Positions 39,549 through 48,423 of a DNA stretch of 64,000 nt are shown piece by piece. The notes beneath the pieces are model-generated. The model did no database searches. It was not told where the DNA came from and saw nothing but the letters and a program-made list of their open reading frames with translations. The position numbers and the translations under genes were made by a program. The number at the start of each line of letters is the position of its first letter. Within the stretch, counting starts at the first letter, position 1. Source of the DNA: Candidatus Dormiibacterota bacterium (lineage in GTDB: Bacteria > Chloroflexota > Dormibacteria > Aeolococcales > Aeolococcaceae). The stretch spans positions 17,025 through 81,024 of the forward strand of contig DASRDZ010000077.1 of the NCBI GenBank assembly GCA_035652335.1, given 5' to 3'.

Positions 39549-39860
39549 ATGGGACCCGCGAGCGGCCGTCGACGCCTGGACTTCAGCATCCACGGCCCCA
39601 TCGCGCGCGCAGACCTGGACGGGCTCTGCGCGCGCGTCTGCCGTCTCTTCACGGAGAGCGGCGCGGCCGTCGCCGTCTGCGACGTCTGCGGCGTCGACCC
39701 TGACGCGGTCACCGTCGACGCCCTGGCCCGGCTGCAGCTCGCCGCCCGCAGGAAGGGGTGCCGGGTGGTGCTCCGGCACGCCTCCGACGGGCTACGCGAG
39801 CTGGTCGCGTTCATGGGGCTGGAGGACGTCCTCCCCGAGGAGACGTCCCCGCCCGCCTAG
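39549..39860 (+). CDS. STAS-domain protein (anti-sigma-factor antagonist-like)
   Basis: 103 aa with an SpoIIAA-like layout (...VCDVCGVDPDAVTVDALARLQLAARRKGCRVVLRHASDGLRELVAFMGL). Confidence 0.65.
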   Translation: MGPASGRRRLDFSIHGPIARADLDGLCARVCRLFTESGAAVAVCDVCGVDPDAVTVDALARLQLAARRKGCRVVLRHASDGLRELVAFMGLEDVLPEETSPPA

Positions 39861-40873
39861 GCGTCGAGCCGGGGCGGCAGGCCGAAGAGCGGGAAGAGCG
39901 TGGCGGTGTCGAGGAAGAAGGTGAGCTCGACGATGCGTCCGTCCGCGTCGAACTCGACGGTGTTGATCGACCAGGGCTCGTAGCCCGGCCCCGTCTCGCT
40001 CGGCTTGTACTGCCCGAAGGCGACCGCCCCGTTGGCCCGCACCGGGATCAGCTTCGAGCCGCGGCAGCCGTGGCCGGGGCCGAGGAACCAGGTGAGGATG
40101 TCGTCGCGGCCGCTCAGCCACATGTCGAACGGCGGCATCGACATGCGCGCGTCGTCGCGGATGAGCGCGGTGAGCGCGTCGACGTCGTAGGCCTGGAAGG
40201 CCGCCACGTAGCGTGCCAGCAGGTCGCGCTGCGAGTCCTCGATGACGGGCGCGGTCTCGTCGGCGTTGACCCCGCGCGCCTGCAGCGTCGCGCGCGCCCG
40301 CTGCAGCGCGCTGTTGACCGAGGCGACGCTGGTGTCGAGCAGGTCGGCGACCTCCTGGGCGGACCAGCGCAGCACCTCGAAGAGGATGAGCACGGCGCGC
40401 TGCCGCGGTGGCAGGTGCTGCAGCGCGGCGACGAATGCGAGGCGCACGCTCTCGCGCTGCACCGCCACCTCGCCGGGGTCGGCGGCGTCGGCCAGCGCGC
40501 TGTCGGGGATGGGCTGCAGCCAGCTCACCTCGGCGGGCACGTTGAGGCTCTCCATCACCGGGGGCGCCGCGGGACCGAAGTCCATCGGGGTGGCCCGGCG
40601 GGCGCGGCTGCGGGCCATGTCGACGCAGACGTTGGTGGCGATCCGGTACAGCCACGAGCGGAGCTGGGCGCGGCCCTCGAAGTCGTCGAAGCCGCGCCAG
40701 GCGCGGAGCAGGGTCTCCTGGACCGCGTCCTCGGCCTCGAAGGGCGAGCCGAGCATGCGGTAGCAGTAGCCGGTCAGCTCCTTGCGGTGCTGCTCGAGCT
40801 GCTGCTCACGGTCGGGGAGCAGGGAGCTCTGTGCCACGGGCGGCATGGTAGCCGAGGTTTCCATGACCTGCAT
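39857..40873 (-). CDS. ECF sigma factor with a C-terminal SnoaL/NTF2-like extension (SigJ / ECF41-type)
   Basis: Region 2 (DAVQETLLRAWRGFDDFEGRAQLRSWLYRIATNVCVDMAR), region 4 (LPPRQRAVLILFEVLRWSAQEVADLLDTSVASVNSALQRAR), then a ~130-aa SnoaL-like tail. Its 3' end overlaps the STAS gene end. Confidence 0.8.
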   Translation of the reverse strand: MQVMETSATMPPVAQSSLLPDREQQLEQHRKELTGYCYRMLGSPFEAEDAVQETLLRAWRGFDDFEGRAQLRSWLYRIATNVCVDMARSRARRATPMDFGPAAPPVMESLNVPAEVSWLQPIPDSALADAADPGEVAVQRESVRLAFVAALQHLPPRQRAVLILFEVLRWSAQEVADLLDTSVASVNSALQRARATLQARGVNADETAPVIEDSQRDLLARYVAAFQAYDVDALTALIRDDARMSMPPFDMWLSGRDDILTWFLGPGHGCRGSKLIPVRANGAVAFGQYKPSETGPGYEPWSINTVEFDADGRIVELTFFLDTATLFPLFGLPPRLDA

Positions 40874-40937
40874 GCCGTCTACGACGTGCCACGGCCGCCG
40901 GACTCATCGGTCCGGCGCGACGATCCTCTGCGGCGCC

Positions 40938-41390
40938 TCAGCGGCGGACGGCCGGGTCGCGTTCCGCCGTGCGCCGCCGGCGCGGCGCGGGCTCCTCCGC
41001 CGTGTCGCCGTCGAGCCCGCGGTACCAGGCCGGCGCACGGTGCGCCGCCTCTGCCGCGATGCCGCCGCCGGGTACCGGCGCGCCGCTCGGGGAGCGCGTG
41101 TCGCCGCCGTCGTCGGGCGGCGCGTCCTGGTCGGCCATGGGCGTCATGTAGGCGATCGACATCCCCGCCATGGCGAGGCCGATGACGAGGGCGACGGGCA
41201 GGTAGAGCGCCACGTCGACACCGGAGCGGACGCCGACGGCGACCACCAGCGCGATGGAGCCGAGGAGCGTCCCGACGGGCCCGGCCCAGACCCATTCGCT
41301 GCGTCCGCGGTGGTCGATGCGAAGCAGGCTGTCCAGCCGGCGCAGACGCGAGGCCACGGCGGCGGACAGCGCGCGCGTGTGGTGCCTCAT
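40938..41390 (-). CDS. Small hypothetical membrane protein
   Basis: AGGAGA RBS 8 nt upstream of the ATG at 41390. Two TM helices followed by an acidic Pro/Gly tail. Confidence 0.45.
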   Translation of the reverse strand: MRHHTRALSAAVASRLRRLDSLLRIDHRGRSEWVWAGPVGTLLGSIALVVAVGVRSGVDVALYLPVALVIGLAMAGMSIAYMTPMADQDAPPDDGGDTRSPSGAPVPGGGIAAEAAHRAPAWYRGLDGDTAEEPAPRRRRTAERDPAVRR

Positions 41391-41462
41391 TGCCGTGTCT
41401 CCTGTTCCGGAGTCCCAGCCTAGCACCGCCTCCGCCGCCGCAGGTCCGCCCCCGCGCGACCC

Positions 41463-43256
41463 TCAGCGCGTCCGGGTCGCGCGCGCGATGGCGCGGCCCG
41501 CCGCCAGTGCGGCACCCGCCGCGACCGAGGACGCCCCGCCCACGGCGACGGCGCCGGTGTTCGGCAGGGCCGGTCCGGCCGGCGCGGCCGCGGCGGGTTG
41601 CGCCGCCGGTGACACCCCGCTCAGCGCCTTGACCACCTCGTCCGCCGCGCGATACCCGGACTCGACGGCGCCGTCCATGTAGCCGTTCCAGCGCACCGCG
41701 GTCTCCGTCCCCGCCCAGTGCACCAGGCCGACCGGCGCGCGCAGCGCGGTGCCGTACTCGGTGAGCGCGCCGCTCATGGGATGACCGACCGGTCCGCCCG
41801 CGCTGAACGGCTCCAGGTTCCAGAGCGCCTCGTAGTAGCCGTTGATGCCGCCGAGCGGCTGCAGCGCCTGCGGGCCGAAGTAGTTGGCCAGGTCGCTGAT
41901 GACCTGCTGGTAGCGCTCCTGCCGGCTGCGCGTCTGCCAGGTGCGCGCCTCGTCGGCCTCGATGAAGCCGAGGATGGCGCCGGGCTGCACGTTCGACGAC
42001 TGGTCGTCGGGATACGGCGTGTTGTCGAAGGTGGCACGGACTGCGCCGCTGTCGCTGGTGACCTGTCCCGCCAGGCCGGCGTCGCGCCAGAAGGGACGGG
42101 GATAGAGCACGTTGACCTTGAGGATGCTGGCCATGAACCAGCGCTGGGTGAGCTGGTCGCGCAGGTACCCGCCCAGCGAGGCCAGCGACGGCTCGTACAC
42201 GATGCGTCCCGCCAGCGCGGGCGGCAGCGCGACGACGGCGTGCTTCGCGGAGACGCTGAAGCCGTCGCCCGACGCGGTGACGGTGCCGTTGCCCTGGGTG
42301 ATCCGGCGAACCGGCGCGTTGAGCACCAGGCCGCTGCCCAGGTCGTTGGCGACGCGGATGGCGATCTCCTGGCTGCCGCCGATGAAGCGGCTGTCCTGCG
42401 CGCCGTCGGCGGTGTCGATGAGGTTGTCGAGGCTGCCCGCCGACGCGATGTAGAAGAGCAGCTGCAGCATCGAGATCTCGCGCGGCTCGACGCTGAGCAC
42501 CGCCTGCAGTGCGAGCGTCACCAGGTGGTTGGTCGGGGATTCCGGGTCCTGCCCCTGTGGCACCAGGACCCGGCGCATCCACGACTCCACCGTCTCGCCG
42601 TCCAGCTTGGCGGCGTTCTGCGCCGTCCAGGGCGCGTCGGCCGGCACCTGCGCCGCCATCTGGTTGAGCAGGCCGAGGGCCAGGCCCGCGTTGGCCGAGC
42701 TGGGGTCGGGCGGGATGCGCGTGCTGCTGCTGTACGGCACCGCCTGGCCCTGCACGAAGTTGACGTAGTTGCCGTTGTTGTACGTCTTGAAGGTGCCCAC
42801 GCCGACCTCCCTGGCCAGCGCCAGGATGCGGTCCTGCGGGTTGTACACGGCCTGGTTGGGCAGGCTGGCGGTGGCGGGCTCGTCGGGCAGCGGGCCGACG
42901 AACTGGCCGCCCATCTCGACGACGCGGCCTGGATAGCCGTTGGCGGCGAGGTCCTGGTTGCGGGTGCGACCGCCGACGCGATCGCGCGCCTCCAGCACCA
43001 CGACGCCGAGACCCTTCGCGCGCAGCCGCCGCGCGGCGCTGAGCCCGGCGAAGCCGGCGCCGATCACCACCACGTCGGTGCTGGTGCTGCCCGACGGCGC
43101 GGTGACGGCGTTGGGGTAGTCCGCCTGGGTGGACGCTGCGGCGGCCAGGGTGCGCAGCGGCTGCAGCGCGACGCCGGCACCGGCCATGGCCATGCCGCCC
43201 AGCATCGCGCGCCGCGACAGGCGCGGGCCGAAGGGGCGCGAGCCCGATGCAGTCAT
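41463..43256 (-). CDS. Secreted flavin-containing amine oxidase (MAO / L-amino-acid-oxidase family) with a Tat signal and a C-terminal LPNTG sorting signal
   Basis: Tat motif SRRAMLGGMAMAGAGV. FAD dinucleotide fold (VVVIGAGFAGLSAARRL..GLGVVVLEARDRVGGR). C-terminus ...LPNTG + ~20 hydrophobic residues + RAIARATRTR. GGAAGAGG RBS. Trimmed from a 1362-aa composite ORF. Confidence 0.8.
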   Translation of the reverse strand: MTASGSRPFGPRLSRRAMLGGMAMAGAGVALQPLRTLAAAASTQADYPNAVTAPSGSTSTDVVVIGAGFAGLSAARRLRAKGLGVVVLEARDRVGGRTRNQDLAANGYPGRVVEMGGQFVGPLPDEPATASLPNQAVYNPQDRILALAREVGVGTFKTYNNGNYVNFVQGQAVPYSSSTRIPPDPSSANAGLALGLLNQMAAQVPADAPWTAQNAAKLDGETVESWMRRVLVPQGQDPESPTNHLVTLALQAVLSVEPREISMLQLLFYIASAGSLDNLIDTADGAQDSRFIGGSQEIAIRVANDLGSGLVLNAPVRRITQGNGTVTASGDGFSVSAKHAVVALPPALAGRIVYEPSLASLGGYLRDQLTQRWFMASILKVNVLYPRPFWRDAGLAGQVTSDSGAVRATFDNTPYPDDQSSNVQPGAILGFIEADEARTWQTRSRQERYQQVISDLANYFGPQALQPLGGINGYYEALWNLEPFSAGGPVGHPMSGALTEYGTALRAPVGLVHWAGTETAVRWNGYMDGAVESGYRAADEVVKALSGVSPAAQPAAAAPAGPALPNTGAVAVGGASSVAAGAALAAGRAIARATRTR

Positions 43257-43357
43257 GCCGAACCTCTTCCTTCGCCTCGGCGCTGAGTGGTCAGCGCTCT
43301 GACCAGATGCGGCGGGATGATAGCACGCGGTTCCGCGCCGGGCCAGCGCCCGTGCGG

Positions 43358-43990
43358 CTACGCGGCGCTGAGGGCGGCGACGAAGAGGCGGGTGAGCTCC
43401 TCGACGAGGAGCCGTGCCGGCGGGCGGCGCCGGGCGGTGGCCTGCCAGTGCACGATCAGCCGGTCGAGGGCGCCGACCAGGGCGACCGCGGTCAGCTCGT
43501 GGTCGCGGCGCGGCGCCAGGCCGCGCGCGGCGATGGCGTCCGCCTCGGCGGCGATCAAGGTGGCGAAGCGGTTCATCCAGGTATGGCGCCGCCGCTCCAC
43601 CGTCGCGCTGATGCCGACCACCTCGACGTAGGCGATCCGCGCCCACCGCGGGTCGGCGGTCATGGCGCCGACGAAGGCGCCGAGCGCGGTGCGCACACGC
43701 TGCACGACGTCGTCCTGCGACGCCGTGGCGAGCGCGTCGAGGACGGCGTCCTGGGCGCGGCGCATGGCGATGTCGTGGAGCAGCACGAGCAGGCCCTCGC
43801 GGCCGTCGACCAGCTCGTAGAAGTTGCGCGTGGAGATGGCGGCGGTGGCGCAGATCTCCTCGATCGACGTGTTCAGGTAGCCGCGTCGGGCGAAGAGGTC
43901 GAGCCCGGCCTCGATGAGGCGCTGGCGGCGCTCCTCCTGGCGCTCGACGGCCGACTGCCCGCGGTACAGACGGCCGGTTGTGGCAGGCAT
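43358..43990 (-). CDS. TetR-family transcriptional regulator
   Basis: TetR HTH (RQRLIEAGLDLFARRGYLNTSIEEICATAAISTRNFYELV). Trimmed to the Met at 43990. Confidence 0.8.
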   Translation of the reverse strand: MPATTGRLYRGQSAVERQEERRQRLIEAGLDLFARRGYLNTSIEEICATAAISTRNFYELVDGREGLLVLLHDIAMRRAQDAVLDALATASQDDVVQRVRTALGAFVGAMTADPRWARIAYVEVVGISATVERRRHTWMNRFATLIAAEADAIAARGLAPRRDHELTAVALVGALDRLIVHWQATARRRPPARLLVEELTRLFVAALSAA

Positions 43991-44018
43991 GACCGCGATG
44001 ATACGGTATCTGGTCAGG

Positions 44019-45323
44019 ATGCGGACCAGATTGTGGAAGGCTGTGCTGCTGCTGGTGGCGTGCTCGCTGTCGCTGCTCTCCGCGCAACCCTCGCGGGCGC
44101 AGACGGCGTGGACCACCACCGTCTTCGCCATGGTCTCCGCGCCCGGCTATCCGGCGATGGCGTACGTCAGCCCGTGGAACGACGTCTACGAGGGGACCTA
44201 CGACAACCCCACGGGAAGCAGCGCGCCGTCGCAGGTCTTCGCGTGGTCCGCGGACGGTCGCGCGATCGGGAGCTGGACGGTGCCGGGGGAGAACCTCTCC
44301 GGCCCGCACGGTGTGCAGGTGGCCACCAGCGATGCGCGGGGACGCCTGGTCCTGCTCGAGCTCGGCCCGCCCAGCGCCCTGCTGCTCGACACGCGAACGG
44401 GAAGCTTCACGCGCTACGCAACCTTCGCGGACCTGGCGCCGTGCGCCTCGGGGCAGACGAGCGGCTGCTCCCCCACCGTGCAGGACCTCGCACCCGAGCC
44501 TGACTACGCCGTGTGGGGTGCGGACGGCAGCCTCTACGTCAGCGACTACCAGCAGGGCCTCATCTGGCGCGTGCCGCCGGGCGGCGGCGCGGCGCAGGTG
44601 TGGCTCGCCGACGCGCGTCTCGACGGCGAGCAGTTCGGCACCGCGGGGCTGGCGCTCACCGCCGACCACCGCACCATGCTCATCGCGCAGGGCAGCTCGG
44701 CCGGCGGAGCCGCCGGCGATCCGTCGACGGGGCGGCTCTATGCGGTGTCGATCAACGCGGACGGCACGCCGGGGCCGCTGCGGCAGCTGTGGGAGAGCCG
44801 CCCCGCCGATGCGCCGGACGGCATCGCCGTGGCGGCGTCGGGCGACGTCTACATCGCGTTGGTGAGCCCGAGCGCCAACCAGATCGTCGAGCTGGCGCCC
44901 GACGGCACAGAGATCACGCGGTACCCGTCGGTGCCGGCGGCGGGCGAGAACGGCTCGGCGGTGCCGTTCGACGACCCGTCGAGCGTGCGCTTCCTCGGCA
45001 CCGGGATCCTGGTCGCCAACCAGAGCTACGTCGCCGGCGACGCGCAGCACTGGGCGGTGCTCGACGTGCAGGTGGGTGAGACGGGGCTTGCGGAGTACAT
45101 CCCGCCCGACGCCGGCGTCGCGGCGGTCGCGCCTGCCGCGTCGCCGCAAGCCGTTGCGGCGTCGAACGGCGGGGCGCGGAATGCGGCGGCCACCCCGGCG
45201 CTGCCGGACACGGCCGCGGGCGCGGCCTCCGGTGGTGCACCGGCGGTGCTGCTCCTCCTCACCCTGTTCCTGCTGCTTCCGGCAGCAACTCGCCATCGCC
45301 GCGCCCGCCGTGTTCGACGCTGA
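44019..45323 (+). CDS. Secreted beta-propeller protein (SMP-30 / gluconolactonase / LRE-like or NHL-like) with a C-terminal LPDTA sorting signal
   Basis: Signal peptide MRTRLWKAVLLLVACSLSLLSAQPSRAQTA, propeller-like repeats (GSLYVSDYQQGLIWRV.., GDVYIAL..), and C-terminus ..LPDTAAG + hydrophobic helix + TRHRRARRVRR. It is divergent from TetR. Confidence 0.6.
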   Translation: MRTRLWKAVLLLVACSLSLLSAQPSRAQTAWTTTVFAMVSAPGYPAMAYVSPWNDVYEGTYDNPTGSSAPSQVFAWSADGRAIGSWTVPGENLSGPHGVQVATSDARGRLVLLELGPPSALLLDTRTGSFTRYATFADLAPCASGQTSGCSPTVQDLAPEPDYAVWGADGSLYVSDYQQGLIWRVPPGGGAAQVWLADARLDGEQFGTAGLALTADHRTMLIAQGSSAGGAAGDPSTGRLYAVSINADGTPGPLRQLWESRPADAPDGIAVAASGDVYIALVSPSANQIVELAPDGTEITRYPSVPAAGENGSAVPFDDPSSVRFLGTGILVANQSYVAGDAQHWAVLDVQVGETGLAEYIPPDAGVAAVAPAASPQAVAASNGGARNAAATPALPDTAAGAASGGAPAVLLLLTLFLLLPAATRHRRARRVRR

Positions 45324-45978
45324 GCGCGCCGCCGTCGCCGCGGCCGCCCGCCGCCTCGCCGCCGAGGGCCTGGTCGCCGGCACGGCGGGGAACCTGAGCG
45401 CCCGCTGCGGAGACGGCGTGTTCGCCGTCTCCCCCACCGGCGCCACGCTGGGCACGCTCACCGCCGAGCAGGTCACCGTCGTCGACGCCGGCGGTCGAGT
45501 CGCGCACGGCGACTTCGAGCCCACCTCGGAGCTCGACCTGCACCTCGGCATCTACCGGCGCCACGACGCCGGCGCGGTGGTTCACACGCATGCGCCGATG
45601 TCGACGGCGCTGGCCTGCAGCGTCGACGAGGTGCCCTGCGTGCACTACCAGATGCTGAGCCTCGGCGGAGCCATCCGCGTCGCGCCGTACCACACCTTCG
45701 GTTCGGCGGAGCTGGCGCAGGCCGTCGGCGACGCGCTGGAGGGACGCCGCGCGGCGCTGCTCGGCAACCACGGTGCCGTCACCTACGGGAAGGACCTCGA
45801 CGCCGCCGTCGAGGCCACGCTGCTGCTCGAATGGGTCTGCGGCGTCTACTGGCGGGCGCGGCTGCTGGCCACGCCGCGCATCCTCGACGACGAGCAGCAG
45901 CAGGCGGTGATCCTCGCCGCCATCGAGCGTGGCTACGGCGCGGTGCGCGCGGTCGGCGACGCGGAGGGACAGCGATGA
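45310..45978 (+). CDS. Class II aldolase / adducin-family protein (fuculose-1-P aldolase / MTRu-1-P dehydratase-like)
   Basis: GLVAGTAGNLSAR...HTHAPMSTALAC...LLGNHGAVTYGKDLDAA. GTG start at 45310, overlapping the upstream gene's end. Confidence 0.8.
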   Translation: MFDAERAAVAAAARRLAAEGLVAGTAGNLSARCGDGVFAVSPTGATLGTLTAEQVTVVDAGGRVAHGDFEPTSELDLHLGIYRRHDAGAVVHTHAPMSTALACSVDEVPCVHYQMLSLGGAIRVAPYHTFGSAELAQAVGDALEGRRAALLGNHGAVTYGKDLDAAVEATLLLEWVCGVYWRARLLATPRILDDEQQQAVILAAIERGYGAVRAVGDAEGQR

Positions 45979-46964
45979 GCGACGGCATGCGGGCGATCAC
46001 CCTGGGAGCGCACGTCCTCGACGTGCTGGCGCGCCCGGTGGACGGGATCCCCGAGGGGCAGGGAGGTGCGCTGCTGGACCAGATCCGCGTGGCGCCGGCG
46101 GGGACGGCGGGCGGCACCGCGGTGATCCTTGCCAAGCTGGGCGCCGCGGTGCGCAGCGTGGGCGCGGTCGGCGAGGATGCGCTCGGCGACATGCTGCTCA
46201 CCCTGCTGCAGCGGTACGGCGTCGACACGTCGCTGGTGCCTCGTCGCGAGGGTGTGCAGACGTCGGCCAGCGTGCTGCCGATCCGCGCCGACGGCTCGCG
46301 CCCCGCGCTGCACGTCATCGGCGCCAACGCCACCCTGACGGCGGACGACGTCCCGCTGTCGCTGCTGGACGACGCCACCCACCTCCACGTCGGCGCGCCC
46401 GAGCTGCTCGACCCGGACCTGGTGGTGATGCTGCTCCGCAGCGCGCGGGAGCGCGGCGTCACCACCTCCGCCGACCTGCTCGCGCCCGGCGACTTCCCCG
46501 GCATCCTCGACATGGTCGCGCCGGCCATGGCGTACGTCGACCACCTGCTGCCCAACGACGAGCAGGTGCTCGGCTTCACCGGCAGCGACGACATCGCCGA
46601 GGGCTGCCGGAAGCTCCTCTCCCTCGGCGTCGGCGCCGTCGCCGCCACGTGCGGAGCGGACGGCGCCGTCGTCGTCACCGCCGATGCGGCGCAGCGGGTG
46701 CCGGCGTTCGCGGTCGAGGTGGTCGACACCTCCGGCTGCGGCGACGCCTTCAGCGCGGGCTACCTGCGCGCGCTCGCCCTCCATCGCTCCTTGCGTGACG
46801 CCGCAATCCTCGGCTGCGCCACCGCGGCACTGGTGGCACAGGGCCTGGGCACCGACCACGGCGACTACGACCTCGCCGCCGTGGAGCGCTTCGCCGCCAC
46901 CGCGCCCGTCCGCGAATCCGCGGCACTCGACGGGCGCGGCGCCCGGTCGCGCGTCAGCCCTTGA
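45975..46964 (+). CDS. PfkB-family carbohydrate kinase
   Basis: N-terminal GG motif region, and a C-terminal DTSGCGDAFSAGYL anion-hole/catalytic motif. ATGA overlap with the aldolase. Confidence 0.85.
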   Translation: MSDGMRAITLGAHVLDVLARPVDGIPEGQGGALLDQIRVAPAGTAGGTAVILAKLGAAVRSVGAVGEDALGDMLLTLLQRYGVDTSLVPRREGVQTSASVLPIRADGSRPALHVIGANATLTADDVPLSLLDDATHLHVGAPELLDPDLVVMLLRSARERGVTTSADLLAPGDFPGILDMVAPAMAYVDHLLPNDEQVLGFTGSDDIAEGCRKLLSLGVGAVAATCGADGAVVVTADAAQRVPAFAVEVVDTSGCGDAFSAGYLRALALHRSLRDAAILGCATAALVAQGLGTDHGDYDLAAVERFAATAPVRESAALDGRGARSRVSP

Positions 46965-47298
46965 CGTAGGAGAGCTTCTCGGCGACCTTGCCGTCGCGGA
47001 TGCGGAAGACGTCGACGCCGCGGACGTGGCCGCCATCCCAGCTGTAGCGCCAGAGCTGCACGACGCGGTCGCCCGCGGCGAAGGTCTCCTCGGCGTCGAA
47101 GCGCGACGAGGGGTCGGCGAAGATCCCCTGCCAGGCCTGACGGATCGCCGCAGGTCCGACGACGCGCTCGCCGTCGGGGGCCGGGCTCGTGTTGTCGAAG
47201 ACGCAGTCGGCGGTGAGGAAGGCGACGGCCGCGTCGAGGTCGTGCGCCGCCCAGGCCGCCCCGAAGGCCTCGACGACGGCCACGGGATCGTCCGTCAT
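46954..47298 (-). CDS. SnoaL/NTF2-like small protein
   Basis: 114 aa (VVEAFGAAWAAHDLDAAVAFLTADCVFDNT...) that matches the SnoaL-like pattern. Confidence 0.55.
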   Translation of the reverse strand: MTDDPVAVVEAFGAAWAAHDLDAAVAFLTADCVFDNTSPAPDGERVVGPAAIRQAWQGIFADPSSRFDAEETFAAGDRVVQLWRYSWDGGHVRGVDVFRIRDGKVAEKLSYVKG

Positions 47299-47379
47299 GG
47301 TGCATCTCCTTGAGCGCCGGGCGCGGCGAGGCGCGCCGTGAGTGACGCGCGAGCCACATGGTCGGGCCGGCCGGGCGGG

Positions 47380-47412
47380 TTTGCAAACTGTGAATATAGT
47401 CATCACAATTAC
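47380..47412 (+). promoter_or_regulatory. AT-rich near-palindromic element (TGTGA-N9-TCACA / TGAATATAGTCA) upstream of the bicupin gene. Candidate operator or promoter.
   Basis: ttgcaaactgTGTGAatatagtcaTCACAattac is the only strongly AT-rich stretch for kilobases. It is followed by GGAGGAGAGCTC-ATG (a strong SD) for the bicupin. Confidence 0.35.
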
Positions 47413-47472
47413 CTGCTGGCGCCCGCGGGCGGCCTGGCCGGGTGCGGTTTCGGGGCGGCTGGAGGAGAGCTC

Positions 47473-48384
47473 ATGGCCATCGTGTCCGAGGCAGCGGGAC
47501 GTGCGATCAGCAGGGGCGTGCGACTCGCCCGGCTCAAGCCCGGCGGCAAGGACGGCCCGGACGGCGTCGTCCGCGACAGCGACGAGCTCTGCGGCTACCA
47601 GTGGAGCGAGCGCTTCCTGCTCGGCTCGCCGGACGCCCCATGGCGCATGGCCATCCCCGACATCCGCATGCCCGCCAACCAGTTCTGGCCCATGCACTGG
47701 CACGACTGCTGGATCGCCGTCGTGGTGCTCGACGGCACCGTGCTGATCGGCGACTGGTGGATGACGCCAGGGGACGTGCTGGTCTCGCCCGCCCGGGTCG
47801 AGTACGGCCCGGTGCTGAACGGCCCCAAGGGCTGCCAGCTCCTGGAGATCTTCGCCCAGGACGTGCGCTCAGGCGGCGGCTACGGACCCGAGTTCCACGA
47901 CCATCCCACCCTCCACCACCGCCAGGCAGCAGCGAACTTCTCCGCGCGTCCCACCGGGTCGGAGCACAACGTGGGCAACCAGACCACCCCGCTCGCCACC
48001 GTCTCGGGCATCGTCACCGGCCACCTGCAGGGCGGCCAGCGCTTCGACCTCGGTGACGCGGATGATCCCGAGCGCGGCGTCATGCTCGACACCAGGCTCC
48101 CGGGCGGCGTCGCCATTCCCCGCCATCAGCATCGTGACTGGCGCGGCCTGCTCGTCTGGGACGGCAGCCTGCGCGCCGGCGACGCCGACCTCACCAAGGA
48201 CGACCTGCTGATCATCGAGCCGGGCGCCGATGTTCCCGCGTTCGAGACGGGCCCGCAGGGCGTGCACATCATGGAGTTCGCCAAGACGGCGGCCGGCGTG
48301 GCCACCGTGGTGCACAGGCGCGACCTGGACGATCCCGCCTACCGCGACGGTCTCGCGGCGATCACGGACGTGGAGGTCGAGTAG
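47473..48384 (+). CDS. Bicupin (two cupin-fold domains) protein
   Basis: Two cupin-like modules (..WPMHWHDCWIAVVVLDGTVLIGDWWMTPGDVLV.. and ..IPRHQHRDWRGLLVWDGSLRAGDADL..). Strong RBS. Confidence 0.6.
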   Translation: MAIVSEAAGRAISRGVRLARLKPGGKDGPDGVVRDSDELCGYQWSERFLLGSPDAPWRMAIPDIRMPANQFWPMHWHDCWIAVVVLDGTVLIGDWWMTPGDVLVSPARVEYGPVLNGPKGCQLLEIFAQDVRSGGGYGPEFHDHPTLHHRQAAANFSARPTGSEHNVGNQTTPLATVSGIVTGHLQGGQRFDLGDADDPERGVMLDTRLPGGVAIPRHQHRDWRGLLVWDGSLRAGDADLTKDDLLIIEPGADVPAFETGPQGVHIMEFAKTAAGVATVVHRRDLDDPAYRDGLAAITDVEVE

Positions 48385-48423
48385 CCGCGCGGGGCACGGT
48401 GGCGGTGATCTCGGCTGCGGAGA

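Noticed and set aside
43988-43991. Back-to-back overlapping ATG start codons for the TetR (-) and propeller (+) genes
   Set aside because: The + gene more plausibly starts at the ATG at 44019, which begins a canonical signal peptide (MRTRLWKAVLLLVA). The 43989 ATG would add a non-signal 10-aa extension.
41463-45551. 1362-aa ORF called as one protein
   Set aside because: A composite. Only the 3' ~597 codons (from the ATG at 43256, with RBS) encode the amine oxidase. The remainder is antisense to the TetR and beta-propeller genes.
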